Assembly (NCBI RefSeq): GCF_018977255.1
Contig: NW_024704742.1
Coordinates: 67,148,001 to 67,212,000 of the forward strand
From: Callorhinchus milii
Lineage: Eukaryota
Length of the DNA: 64,000 nt
Direction of reading: 5' to 3'
Position 1 is the stretch's first letter, and each line of letters opens with the position of its first letter. Positions 13,640-27,130 of this stretch are shown here, piece after piece. A model generated the notes under the pieces. The model was given only the letters and a program-made list of their open reading frames with translations. It did not search any database and was not told the origin of the DNA. The translations under genes and the position numbers were made by a program.

Positions 13640-13771
13640 TAAAACACAAAATACTGCAGATGCTGGAATCTGAAACAAAAACAGAGGTGGGAAAACTCAG
13701 CAGGTCAGGCAGCATCTATGGAGAAAGAAAAGTGAGTCAATGTTTCGGGTCCACGACCTTTCATCAGAACT
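13640..13771 (-). mobile_element. Solo Penelope pLTR fragment with hammerhead motif at 13733-13771
   Basis: Minus strand AGTT-CTGATGA-AAGGTC-GTG-GACCC-GAAA-CATTGACTC, followed by the same sequence as 12185-12283. Confidence 0.75.
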
Positions 13772-14749
13772 TGCATTTCTATAGCGCCCCTCACACAGGG
13801 TGACGTCCCTGAGTGCTTAACATCTTGTCTGAAGGACGGTGTCTCTAACAATGCACTGCTGCCCCAGCCCTGCAATTGGAGTGTCAGCTTAGACTGTGTG
13901 AGTTCAAATTCCCGATGTTAGACTTCAACCCACACCTTTCTGACTCAAAGCGAGAGCTACCAACCGAGCCAGGCTCCCATGTTGTTGCAATTTGCTGTAA
14001 ATAAGAAGTGTTATACTATTCACTTTTGGCAGAAATGGTACATTGAATGTTGGATTTCAGTCATGAACACGATCACAGTTGGACAATTAAAAAGAAATGC
14101 TATAAACAGTTAATATGGCAGTCTGGTGGACGACTGCTGGAGAGACACAGAGTCCCTTGAGTGTATTTGCTTTTTAAAGATTAGAGTCAAGTGGGGACAA
14201 GTGGAAAACTTCCACCAGTTTGAATGCAAGTTATTTGTTTACTCTGAAGGAAAAATTGATTTCCATAAAGTTTGTTTAAAAAAAAATGTTTTTGGTTTGG
14301 TGAACCAAACAGACCTGACACGCAGAAACCCATTGGCATGCTAAATAATATCAATATTAGAATTTGATATAGGCTTTCACATCAAGAGGAAGTTTCAAAG
14401 TGCTTTACAGGATTTGCTGTAAAGTGAACATAATGGCTATTCCCACAAACAATATCCCACAAACAGCCATGACAATATCTGGAGGATTGTTGGCTAGGAT
14501 ACTGGGATAAACTTCCTTCTACCATAGAATCCTTAACATCCACAATTATCAAACCTTGAAGATGATATCATTCCAGAAGGTATTGTGAATTGTGAGGAGA
14601 GTACACAGTGGGAGAGTGCAGGAGAACTTAAATAGATTAGCGCAATGGGCAGATCAGTGGGAGATGAAGTGTAATGAAACATTGAATAATAATAATCCTT
14701 GCATTTGGCATAGAGTCTGTCACTTTGGGAGGACATCCCAACGACACCA

Positions 14750-15440
14750 AAATTACATTTGTATAGTGCCTTTCACATCAGGAGGATATCCCAAGGCACT
14801 GGACAATCAATATTTCAGACCCGACCTGGGGGTTGGCATTGGGGAGGGTGGAGGGCAGGAGGGGAAGGAGGGTGACCAAAGGCACAGTCAAAGAGGAGGG
14901 TCTTGAAACGGGTCTTGAAGGAGGCAAGGAAGGGGGCGAGGCAGAGGGCCTGCGGGATAGAGTTCCATAGGGTGGGGGCAGAGTGACAGAAGACCCGCCC
15001 GCCAATGTGGAGCGGGAGAGGTGAGGACGTGAAGCAGGCCCGAACACCCTGAGAGGAGGCAGCAGGCAGGTTGGTAGGGGGTTAGGAGTTTGCAGAGGGA
15101 GGGGGGGGCAAGACCCATGGAGGGCTTTGAAAGGGAGGACCAGGATCTTGAACAGTATCCTCTGTGTGATTGGAAGCCAGTGGGGTCGGGCGAGGATGGG
15201 GGTGATAGGGTCGCGGAGTTTGGTGCGGGACAGGACATGGAGGGTAGAGTTCTGGATGATCTACAGCCTATGGAGGGAGGAGGTGGGGAGCCCGACAAGT
15301 GGGGAATTTGTGTAGTCGAGCCTGGATGTTATGAATGCTTGTATGAGGGTCTTGGCGGCCTGCAGTCTGAGACAGTGGCGGAGCTGAGCGATGTTTCGGA
15401 GGTGGGGTAAGGCAGAGCGGCTCATGGCACAGATGTGGAT
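14750..15440 (-). mobile_element. L2 LINE 3' fragment; similar fragments at 2520-2960(+), 28120-29225(+), 40820-41183(-), 41755-42405(+), 56240-56645(+), 60120-60335(-), 60405-60665(-)
   Basis: C-terminal ORF2 motifs (LHWLP..RI.FKIL, APTLWN) and the shared L2 tail. Confidence 0.85.
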
Positions 15441-18400
15441 ATTTACTGTTAAGTGGTGTGATTGTATTTACACGGCGGATAATTTGTGCAAAGCAATGTT
15501 CCACAAATAACCACAAAGGGAATGATCAATTTTATTTGTTGGATTGTTCACCGGGACACCTGGAGAAATTCCCTTCTCTTTTCAAATGGTGCAGTGGGAT
15601 CTTTAATGCACACCTGAACAGGCAGATGGGACCTTGGTTTAACGTTTCTTCCGAAGGACGGCACGATCAACAATGCAACTCTCCTGCCCACTGCATTGTA
15701 GTGACTTCTTAGATTACATAACAGGTATATGAAAGATAGAGGCTTGAAGGGGTATGGGGATAGGACAGGTCAGTGGAATTGAATGAACAGCTTGCTCCGA
15801 GAGCTAGTGCAGACTCAATGAACTGAATAACCTCCTTCTGCGAAGTAAGTTGCTATGACTCTGTAATCCACCTAAACAGGCAGGCGGAATCTCAGTTTAA
15901 CATCTCACCCAATGGCAATCTGACAGTGTAACCCACTCCAGCACCGCATTGTATTGCAAAGCTAGATGCTTTGAGTTCAAAGTCCTGATGTGGGGCTTGA
16001 ACTCCCCCAACCTCTAACTTGGAGGCGAGAGTGCTAGCGACCGAGCTAGGCTGACAGTAGACTATCCAAACCAGACTGAGGGTTTCGAAAAAAACAGTCA
16101 TTGGATGATAAAAATTGTACTTACTGATAATTATTGATACGCAAGATATTATTGACACATGCAGAACCCATCACTAGACTTAAAATTTAAGGTTGGGCAG
16201 AACTGTGGAAATTTTTTTTAATTCCAACTCCATTCAGAAGCCAGTTTTCCACTGTTCTGATAATAAACTGATTTCCAAATCTGATTAACTGATTTTAAAA
16301 ATCTTGCACAATTCAAATTTTAAGATAAGCTATTCTTACAACCTTAGACTAGGTGGAATTTCATGATTAAACAGAGGTGATGATCAGTGAAATCTCAGTT
16401 ACCCACAGTGAAAAAGGTTATATTCATGTGTGAAAATGATTCATAATTTTCTAAAATACCATCTACATTTATGCCTAAAAAAGTTACATCTTTGACCAGC
16501 TTTTATAGTCATCTCCGCTGTTGCTCTCTCCCGCTTGCTCGGTCTCTTCCTTGTGAAAACACTCTGAGAGGTTAGCCTTTGTGAAGGGTACTATATAAAT
16601 GTAAGTTGTTGTAGTTGCTATTGTAGCATTTTGTGGATTTTTTTTTGGTCAGCCAGGTGTATGACACATGCGGAACCCATCACTGTGCTTAAGAGTATCC
16701 AAACCAAACTGAGATTTCCATGTATCCCACCTATACATGGAAATCCCAGATTTAATGGGAATTGTTGGAATGAAATTTACACTCTCCCTGGGGGGACGAA
16801 TCCTGCTTACCTAATTCTGGAAAGTATTAGGCGCAGGTTGGCAAGAACCAAGACTTGCTGACCCCAGAGCCTGTGTTGGGGTAACTGCTGAATTCTAATG
16901 AGCGAAAACCGCATAGCTTACCATTGATATTGCTGTCTGGCAAGCTTCTCTGCTGCGTCTCCAGCGAGGACCACCCTACCCATTAGGGCTTTGGCTTGCA
17001 GGGTTAACAGGAGCTGAATGGAATGACTCCCTCTTCCCAGTGACTGGTCTGCCTTTCCAGGTCCTGCCAATGAGCCAGGTGTCATCAGCAGTGCCCTGGA
17101 ATACTGTAGACCTGCCTGGCTCAGGAACCGGACTACCGAGACCACCACAGAGGGCTGCCTCGATTCCGACATTCCATTGCTTAGCATGTCACCTTGGAAC
17201 CAGTGCAGTTCCAAGGAGACCTCACTTACCTCCCATTGTACCTCCTATTCTAACATGAGAAGACTCTCCAGTTTCAATGTTCTTCTATGCTGTATGGAGG
17301 TGTTAGTAGGAGTGTGGGGTTTGACTTGGTAGCTGATGTGAAGAAGAAAAACCAGCAGTGTCAATTTTGCTGAAGGTCTGTCTGCTTGCGAGTGCTCGTC
17401 AAATACTTCTCTCACACATCGAGTGTCTCAAAGGAAGCAAGCAGGAGTTGCATGTCAAACAGCAAAGCAATGCTTCCCTAGCAAACAGTGCATCAATAAA
17501 AAGGACTCTAGATGACACACACTGGGCAGTTCAGGTAAGTACAACTTCACACTTTTGAATCACAAGAACACAAGAGACTTATAGATGAAAAAGGCCCCTT
17601 TGGCTGATTTCATCTTGTCCTTCTGGGATATCAATCCTACCAGCTTCCCATTACAGAGACAAAGTGTTTCTCAAATGAGTTCCATATCCTCTTCTCAATC
17701 ACCTCTTTTAGAAACAATTCCAGCTGCTGTTCAGCCTATGCATAAAGAAATACTTGCAGGTGATCTTGTAAATACTTGCAAGCTGGATCTTAAGGAGGTG
17801 GGCTTTAAAGGCTTGTAGATTTTTTATACTTTCGGCTTGTAGACCTTTTCAGCAAAATAAAGTATCAAAGAGCTGGTGAGCTGCCTCTCGGTCCCAGCCG
17901 GTGAACCAGGAATTCAAGGCTCATGTCATTACTGAGAACGGCAGAGGGGCAATGGAGGGGGATGGGGGAGGAGAAGGGGGTGCAATTCCATGGGATCAAT
18001 GGGATCAACGAGAATTCTAAGCTAGTGTGATAGGGCATGGAAACAGGCCAATCGGCCCAACTAGTCGATGCCAGTGTTTATATTCCATGCAAGCCTTAGT
18101 TCTCCTCAATAAAACACGGCCTCAATGGTGATCTGAACAAGCAACTGAAAGTCATATTAAAACAATAATAATCCTTGCATTTGATGCAGTTCCTGATATG
18201 TCTCAAAGGGCTTAATTAATTTAACCCCTAGAGCCTGATCTGCTGCTGACGCCATTGTTTCTGTTCATAAACTATCTGTCATGTATGTATCCAATTCCCT
18301 CTCAAATGCTGGCTTAGCCTTAGCTTTTCCGACAGCCACTTGTAGCAGAACAGTAATAACTCTCATTTTGTCTATTTTTTTGGTCAGCTGCAAGCCTGAC

Positions 18401-19660
18401 ACATGTGGGAATCCATCACCACAACTGAGAGTATCCAACCAGATTGAGAATTCCACGTATGCATGGAAATTTCCCTGTGTCCTGAATGGAATGTGCTCTC
18501 TCTCCCTGGAGGGATGAGCCCTAATTACTAATTCCAGAAGGTATTAGGCAGAGTTTGACATTAGCTGAGGCTTGGGCACCTCAGAGTGTGTGTTGAGCTA
18601 CAGTTGGAATTTAAGCAGCAAAACCCCACAGTTTGTTATTGAAAGCATTGACTGGTAAGCCTCCCACTGCTTGTCCAGCTTTGACAACCCTTCCAGGGTT
18701 AACAGAAGCAAACTGGTAAAAATCCTTGCTCCCATTGAGTGATCTGCACCTCCGAGTCCTGCTCCTATCATCAGCAGTGCTCTGGAGTACTGCAGATTCG
18801 CCTGGCTCAGGAACCAAGAACACCACAGAGGATTGCCTCAATTCGGATACTCTGTTGCCCTGCACCACACATTGAAGGGAGTTCAGATCCAAGAAGAACC
18901 TGCTTACACACATTTTTTAAGCTGCCCCTTTCAATTTCTTCCAATCTTTTCTTCCTCTTTCCCATATTTTCCAACCTTCCCCCTTCCCATTTCTTCCAAT
19001 CTCTCTTAAACTCTTTCAACAACAATCCTGACTTCATGCTTCCTTGTTACTGTTTGACTAACCAGTGGAAATATGTTTTCACTGATAAAACTTCCCCCAT
19101 GTTAACTATTTTGCTGTGCGCAATTGGCTGCCGCATTCGCCCACAAATATACAGTCAATTCACTTTACAGTGTGTTCTGTGAAGCGCTTTGGGACGTCCT
19201 CCCGACGTGAAAAGCGCTATATCAAATGCAAGGATTATTATTATTATTATTATTGCTTGAATGTCTGATCAGAAAACCTTAAATGGTTACAGAGCCCTCA
19301 GCGCGTGTGGTCTGGAGAACAGAAAGAACATATTTACTTAAAAGCTACAGCAGTTAAGAAATTCTTTGGAATAAGTAAAATAATTATTTGTTTCTACCAG
19401 TTGCTATGTTAGTTGTTGTTGTGTTGGTTGTCATGCAATGAGTTTACAATATTACTTTGCTACAGTTCTGGGATTTAACCCTTAAATATTATTATTCCAG
19501 CGTGCACATGTTTTTGTTTTTTATGTTTAAGTTGGTTGCCAAGGCTCACAATATTAAATAATTAAAACAAACAAGCATGTTTTTGTACACATTAAAGTTT
19601 TTCAGTATGATCTGGGATTTTTTTTATTCTGAATTCCTGTTTGCAGAAATTAATGCAAAG

Positions 19661-20046
19661 TCAAAGCTGAGCTCCAGGGCTATGATGGGGAGAGAGCTGC
19701 TTTGCTGGAGATGCCATCCTTTGGATGACACGTTAAACCGAGGTCCCGTCTGCTTCGGGTGGATGTTTTAGATCCTATGACACTATTCGAAGAGATATCC
19801 TCCCAATGTGAAAGGGGTGATACAGGGTGAATCAAAAGTCCTTACTCAGAGGTCTAGATGAGATGTTCAAACTGCATTTCATGTAGACGTTTTCAAATAT
19901 CAACTCGGTGCCAAAACTTCACCAACACAATGAAAGACATCTCCTGTAATAGCTGCAAACTGTATGAATGTCGTCTTAAAAAAAATCATTAATAGTTAAA
20001 AACTCATGATTCTGATTCACCTTGTGTAAATGTAAATTGCTGCTGT
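19661..20046 (+). mobile_element. Composite element: internally deleted SINE fragment with a Tc1/mariner-like MITE (19823-20024) in its tail
   Basis: TA|CAGGGTGAATCAAAAGTC ... GATTCTGATTCACCTTG imperfect TIRs inserted at the TA of the SINE tail. Confidence 0.75.
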
Positions 20047-22419
20047 ATAAAATGCTGCAGCCATTTTGCCCACAGCAATCTTGACCAAATTTGACTTGAA
20101 TGAACTCATGGCACTATTCAAAAAAAGAGAAGGGAGTTTCTCATGGGGTCATTTCCAATATATAATCTGAGTACCCCATAATAAAATTGGTCATTCACTT
20201 CATGGTTGTTTGGAGGACTGTGCTACATGCAAATTGGCTGCTGCATTCATCTACAAAATACAGTCACTACTATTTAAATGCTGTGAAACGGTTTGAGATG
20301 TTTCAAGGCATGCTACACCAAATGCAAGTATTGGTATTAAAATGGTTTGTGAAAAATATTCTATTCAGTCGTACCTTGAAAGCTGATTTTCCGCAGTACC
20401 TGAAAAGAACTGCAGAGAACCAGCTTCAGGAATAAGACTAAATTGAAGGATTTTACAAAATGCTGCACAACCTTGAATATTAAGAAAATTATTCTCAGGC
20501 TAAAATCACCTTCCATTGTAACCTTTATTTATCGACAATGTGTACATGTAAAACATCAAAACTTTTGCATATAAGGGGGCTATTGGGTGTGTTCACTATT
20601 GCTACCTGCTTTATTTTTTAATGAATCCTTTATTTATTAATCTTCCTTCTTATATACCGTAATATTGTTACATTTGAAATAATAATAATAATAATCTTTG
20701 CATTTGATACAGCGCTTTACCACGTCGTCAAAATGTGTCAAAGCACTTCCCAGGATATCCTGTAAAGTAGTGTGAATGTGTATTTTGCAGGTGAAATTTT
20801 AATTGTGGAGCCTAATGTGAGGAAGAACACAAAGTGAACACAGGTGGAATAGGTATTTGAAGTAACAGCGGTGGGAGGGGCTAAGCATTTATCTTAATCA
20901 CAAAGGAAATGGGACTTAATTAATTAAAGGAAACAATGATCTGGAAATAATAAATAGTAAACTTGTATTAAATACAAAATGTTGTTATGTAGGCAATGGT
21001 ATATCTGTGTATTAAATTATTAATTTCAGCAAACTTATTATATCATAAATATGTGATTTAATACTGAGCCTTATCATGTAACCGAAATGTCTCAAAGCGA
21101 TTCATGGGACTTTACTGTAAAGTGCAGTTGCTGTGTATTTTATGGAAAAAATTTGATGGGTGTGTATTTTACTGTAACATATAGTTGCTGTAGGTGAGCA
21201 CGGCAGCTCATTTGCTTTTGGTCAGCCGGGTATCTGACACATGTGGAAATCCATCACTATGCTTAAGAATATCCTAACCAAACTGAGATTTCCGTGCATT
21301 CCACCGACACATGGAAATCCCAGAGATAGATTGTTGGGATGGAATGTGCGCTCTCTCCCTGGAGTGACGCACCTGTTTACCTAATTCCGGAAAGTATTCC
21401 GGAAAGCAGGTTGGTAAGAGCCAAGGTTTGGGGACCCCAGAGTGTGAGTTGGGGTTGCTGGAGCCTAACCAGCTAAAACTGCATAGCTGACCATTGTGCA
21501 TGCTGCTCAACATAGCTCAACTATGAAGTGAATGACCAATTTTAGCTGGAGGATTGTTGGGCAGAACACTGTGAGAATCTCACTTCTCTTTTAGTTAGTG
21601 GCATGGGATCTTTAACATCCACCTGAACAGGCAGGTGGGATCTTGCCTCATCCAAATGCACCTCAGATAGTGCAGCGCTTCCCCACAGCACTGGATTGTC
21701 AACAGATTTGCCAATAGTGCAAAATTGCCCCTGAATATTGCAACAAACAGCTGGATTAAAGTGTACGTAGAAGCGACAAAAGGCAGCATAAAAGCAGCAA
21801 AAGAGATGGATCTTTCAGTGAACTAAAATCTGGAAAACTGTTGCTTAAAAGATTGTCCTGAGAAAAAACTTGAACGCTGACAAAAAGCCAAGCCCCATCA
21901 CTCAGCACGTCTTTCACAAAAGGTCTTCTGAAGCTGATGAGTTTCAGGTGGCAGATGAAACTCAGTCACAACACAGTATTGAATTTCTTCAAAAAGATGA
22001 GGACCAAAGTGGCTGGCTGACAAGTGACAAGCAGAGGGATTGAGCTGCGTTTAATGCTCTTAAATTGAATGTAATACGATCCTGCATTTTTATATAGATA
22101 TATCTATATAAAAAAAACTTCAACTGGTTTTGGGAAAGAATTGAAATTGGTCCCACCAACCTTCAAAAACATTGCAATGAAATCACAAGAGATGAAATAT
22201 AGATAGTGTGGCTGAAAAAAATTGTTTCCTTTTTTTCATCAGCAGGCTCTCTTTTTGTACGTCTCTTGAGAGCCTACGTGGAATTTGAAACAGTGGAAAA
22301 CAAGGTTTGTGAAGGAGTAAAAATCATCTGTAATCCAGACATGATTAATGGCACTTTTGGGGTATTTTTTCACATCAGTTTAAGAAGTCAACCAGTCTCT
22401 CTCCTCAGGCTGTGTTCCA

Positions 22420-23768
22420 CTCCCACTGAAAACCAATGTCATCACACCCCTCCTCAAAAAACCCAATCTCAATCCCTCTATTCTCTCACACTACCGTCCC
22501 ATCTCCAATCTACTCTTCCTTGCTAAAGTCCTGGAATGGATTTTTCAGAGGTCAACTTCGGTCACACCTCTCGCTGCCCACAGCACAGAGACAGCGCTTG
22601 TCAAAGTTATAACCGACATTCTCTCTATCTGTGACCAGGGCTCCGTCTTCTCATCCTGCTGGATCTCTCTGCCATGTTCAACACAGTCGACCACGCCATC
22701 CTCCTACACCGCCTCTCCTCCATCATCCACCTTAGTGGGCCCACACTCATATGGTTTGAGTCCTACTTAACCAACCGCCTCCATTTTATCTCAGCAAATG
22801 GTTTCTCCTCCCAGCCACACCCGGTCACCTGCGGGGTACACCAGGGCTCCATCCTTGGCCCTCTTCTTTTCCTCATCTATATGCTCCCTCTTGGCGATGT
22901 CATCCGCAGACACAGGATAAACTTCCACATGTATGCGGATGACACACAAATATACGTTGCCTCCTCCAGCATTCCAGCATTAACTCCAGGTCCGCCAATG
23001 TCCTATCAGCTTGTCTGGCAGACATCAGGGCCTGGATGAGTGCAAACTTCCTACAGCTGAATGTGGACAAGATGGAAGCCATACTCCTTGGCTCCCGTCA
23101 ATGTCTTCACTCCTGCGGATCTAAACTCCTCAGCCTCCCTGGGTTCTCCCTCAGAATCACCAAACCAGTGAGCAATCTAGGCATCCAGTTCGACCCCAGC
23201 TGTCCTTCTTCTCCCACATCCGGTCCCTGACCAGAACCGTCTTCCTCCACCTCTACATTACCCGGCCTCCAACCGTACCTTACCCTAAATGCAGCTGAAA
23301 TACTCGTGCATGCGTTTGTCACCTCCTGAATGGATTAGTCAAAAGCACCCCTCGCTGATCTGACCAGGCTCCACTGGCTCCTCATCATTGAACAGATTGA
23401 TATCAAGATCTTCACACTTGTGTTAAAATCCATTCACTCCCTGACACCTCCCTACCTCTCCGATCTCTTCACTCCCCAATCCACCTCTGCTTGACTGGCA
23501 CCAGCCTCCTGCTTATCCCTTGAATCCTACGCTCTACCATTGGAGGTTTCACTTTCAGCCACTACGCCCCAAAACTGTGGAACCTCAATCCCTCCACATT
23601 GCCTTCTTTCTCTCCTTTTTGAGGTTCCCACCTGAACACCTTTCTTTTTGACCGTGCCTACGGTCACCTTCCCCCACACTGGGCTTGAAGTCAGGCCCTG
23701 CCACTGTGAACCGCTCTGAGATGCTACCCTGCATGAAGCGTGCTATATAAGTGCAAGTTGATGTTGTT
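22420..23768 (+). mobile_element. Degenerate L2 LINE 3' half
   Basis: GVHQGSILGPLLFLIYMLPLG, HMYADDTQIY and NFLQLNVDKMEAILLG; L2 tail at about 23700-23768. Confidence 0.9.
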
Positions 23769-25107
23769 TACAGATGCACTTGGGCTTTGTGTGACATATT
23801 AACATTTCACATTGGGACTGAGAATCCTCCCACTCAGCTCCCGTTAACCCTGCAAGTCAAAGCCCTAACAGTTTTAACTGGTTAGACTCCAGCGGTACCC
23901 CATGCTCATAAGCCTTGGCTTTTGCCAACCTGCGCCTAATACTTTCCGGAGTTAGTTAAGCAGGATGTGTCCCTCCAGGGAGAGAGTGCGCATTCCATTC
24001 CAACAATCTATCTCTGGGATTTCCATATGTTGGTGGGATGCCTGGAAACCTCAGTTTGGTTTGGATACTCTTAAGCACAGTGCTGGGTTTCAGCACGCGT
24101 CAGATACTCAGCTGACCCAAACATTTTTTAACCTTGCTTTAAAATACTTCATTCTAGATATTGTACTGTATATTTTTAAATATCCCCAAAATTACAACCT
24201 CAGTGAACTTGTATTTTTTCACATGCTGTTCGCTACAATTACGGAAATTTACTGAAAAATTGTTGTTGTTCTCTTTTTTTGGTCTTCCGGGTGTCTGACA
24301 CATGCGGAAACCCGGTTTGATTTCCAAACCAAACTGAGAATTCCAGGCATCCCACCTACACATGGAAATCCCTGAGATAGATTGTTGGAATGGAATGTGA
24401 CTCTCTCCCTGGAGGGACATATCCTGCTTACCTAATGCCGGAAAGTATTAGGCGCAGGTTGGCAAGAGCCAAGGCTTGGGGACCCCAGTGTGTGCCTTGG
24501 AGTAACTGCTGCAGTCTAACCTTGCATCTGCACAAACACTCTCTCTCCTTATGCATGTAACAATCTGCAATAACCACCCCCTCTCTCTTTCTCTTGCAAT
24601 ACTACAGTTACAGAAATCAAAAATAAGAGTACCAATGTATCAAGGTGGCCGTTTTAAATCTGGAGCAATATGTATGTATATGTGTGTACCACTGCACTTC
24701 ACTTTGTTGCATATTTTGGAGTCAGGTATTTGCTGCACTATCACACAAGTGATTTCCGAGGTGACTGAGAAATAAACGTGCACATAAGATAACTTTTTGC
24801 AGCGCTTACAACTTAGTTGGGACTTAACAACCCACCCAGAAAGAGAGCAATGTGTTGTAAGTGGATCCATTCACTGTTTAGGTTGCAGTTAATATTCTGT
24901 GCCACGGGACGCATAGTTTTTTTTGGGGGGGATTTGAAGGGTTGGTTGGATGTTTGGTGAAACGCAGCTTTCAGAGGAGCTGTCAGGTTCCAGGTACGGT
25001 GTGTGACTGCAACAAGGCTCGTAAAAACCCCAACCCCTGAAGGCAGCTTTGTAGCGTTGCCCACGGCGCTGGATCACAAGTGATGAGAGAGGAACAGCGG
25101 CCAGTTT

Positions 25108-25597
25108 TACAGTACAGTACAGGACAGGACCAGGACAGGACCAGGACCAGGACAGGACAGGACAGGACAGGACAGGACAGGACAGGACAGGACAGGACAG
25201 GACAGGACAGGACAGGACAGGACAGGACAGGACAGGACAGGACAGTACAGGACAGGACAGGACAGGACAGGACAGGACAGGACAGGACAGGACAGGACAG
25301 GACAGGACAGGACAGGACAGGACAGGACCAGTACAGGACAGGACAGGACAGGACAGGACCAGGACAGGACAGGACCAGTACAGGACAGGACAGGACAGGA
25401 CAGTACAGGACCAGGACCAGGACCAGGACAGGACCAGTACAGTACAGTACAGTACAGTACAGTACAGTACAGGACCAGGACCAGGACAGTACAGGACAGG
25501 ACAGTACAGGACCAGGACAGGACAGGACAGGACAGGACAGGACAGGACCAGTACAGTACAGTACAGTACAGTACAGTACAGTACAGTACAGGACAGG
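25108..25597. repeat. Compound pentamer array (GGACA)n/(GTACA)n/(GGACCA)n
   Basis: Directly visible; source of the spurious ORFs 25080-25676 and 25107-25646. Confidence 0.97.
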
Positions 25598-25828
25598 AGG
25601 CTGGGGCTACAGCAGCAGTCTGGGCAGAGTCGCCAGACACAGCCACTGCTGCTGCTGCTTAAGTTCAGAGTCGTGATTTACGTTTACGATCCCTTCCACA
25701 GACCTATCAGTGACAAGAGCGCTGGGAAGACTTTCTCAGAAGCGAGAGAGAGAGAGAGAAAAAAAAATCTTGAAATGTGAGGTCGAAAGGTTACAATAAT
25801 TGTTGGACTAACGAGGAGCTGCTTCAAG

Positions 25829-25931
25829 CATAAATAGCAGAGCTGTTTCTGTCCCTCTCTGCAGTTCTCCCCACACCTGTAGGGCACTTCACAGTTCTCA
25901 GACTTACTCTTGAGCTCAAAGCACAGTGAGT
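25829..25931 (+). promoter_or_regulatory. SPON2: Putative SPON2 core promoter and short non-coding first exon
   Basis: TATA-like CATAAATA at 25829-25836, Inr-like GCAGTT about 30 nt downstream, donor GTGAGT at 25926. The ATG exon has its own acceptor at 26897, so an upstream UTR exon is expected. Confidence 0.55.
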
Positions 25932-26907
25932 ATTCAACGTTTTGTGTTTAAAGCACTTGGCAAATCCGAGTAGATTGCACGTTTAGAAACTTCGGCAAAT
26001 GCCTTCTGAGCAATTTTGCACCCTAAGGGTATGTGCTTGCTGGTTTCACCCAGCTTTATGTTGGGTTGCATACTTGTCTGCTCGTTTGCAACACTGGTTT
26101 TCTGTGGTTTTCATGTTGCATCGACATTTTGGATACCTTGTTTAACATAGTGCACATCTGGCCTCCAGTTGTGATCGGAATGTCACCGATGCTTTGATAC
26201 TAACCAGGTGCGAAAAAGTTGCAAGCGTTTTAAGGCACTAGTAGTGTGAAATATGAGGCTGAGCAGCAACTTCAAGGCTAATTCAAGAGCAAAGCCCAGT
26301 GGATCCCAGAGAAAGAAATAACGAGAAGAAGCCACCAGAAAAAGTTAGAAAGGGAGAAAAAAGGTGCAATTTTATTTGCACTTTTTATAGTTACTACCTC
26401 ATAAACGTGGGCTTATGTCCATCACGATGTTATAGATGTATATTTACAGTAAACCTCACATAAATCGTATCAGCTGGTACTACACATTGAATATAATTTA
26501 TTGTTTGTACGAGTTATGTCAAAGTTGCATAGAATGTAAACTCTTGAATGGGACTTGGGCAGATGTACGACTTAGGCGATTATACGATTTGTACAAATCA
26601 TAATTATGTGAGTTTTATTGTACATTTATATTTAAAAATGTACTTTCGTTAAATAAGTGTTTCCACCTATGTCCGCTTGCCCTGCTATCTGGACCGCTGG
26701 AAAATGTTGCTCTGTTAATTTTGTGAATGCAGATGACGTGAGCTACATTGACAATAAAAGCGCTGGCTTTCCCTCTTCCTATTCCCCTGCTTCCCTTCCC
26801 TTCTGCCACATTAATCGTCATAACATGGAAATGTGAGCCTGTTCTGTGTGTGTATGTGTGTGGTTTTGTTTCAGTTTTTTTACCCCCCTCCCTGCAGGAT
26901 TGAAACC

Positions 26908-27130
26908 ATGGAAAAACTTATGTCGGTCTGCAAACTCTGGAAAATTGCGTGCACTTTGCTTGTGACAGTGCCGGGTTATGTGAAGTGTCTGCCAGTGGAG
27001 GGGGTGCAGCCTTGCACAGCAGGGGGGCGGGCAAAATACAGCATGGTCTTTACTGGCAAATGGACCCAAAGCGCCTTTCCCAAGCAGTATCCCCTCTACC
27101 GACCCCCTGCTCAGTGGTCGCCACTGATCG
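26908..27130 (+). CDS. SPON2: Spondin-2 (mindin) coding exon 1: signal peptide and start of spondin_N domain
   Basis: Acceptor ctgcAG at 26896-26897, accATGg start at 26908. MEKLMSVCKLWKIACTLLVTVPGYVKCLPVEGVQPCTAGGRAKYSMVFTGKWTQSAFPKQYPLYRPPAQWSPLI; donor GTAAGT at 27131 (phase 1). FTGKW..FPKQYP..RPPAQWS is the mindin signature. Confidence 0.96.

Noticed and set aside
17530..17542. Strong donor CAG|GTAAGT in unique sequence as an upstream SPON2 exon
   Set aside because: No supportable acceptor, promoter or reading frame; it cannot be distinguished from chance without RNA data.
1..25000. CTBP1 3' exons expected from synteny
   Set aside because: No CtBP-like peptide recognised in the ORF track or the unique stretches I translated; the gene is probably outside the window.
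25080..25676. 198-aa (TGQDR)n ORF and antisense 179-aa (CPVLS)n ORF
   Set aside because: Stop-free translation of the pentamer array; no splice or protein-family support.
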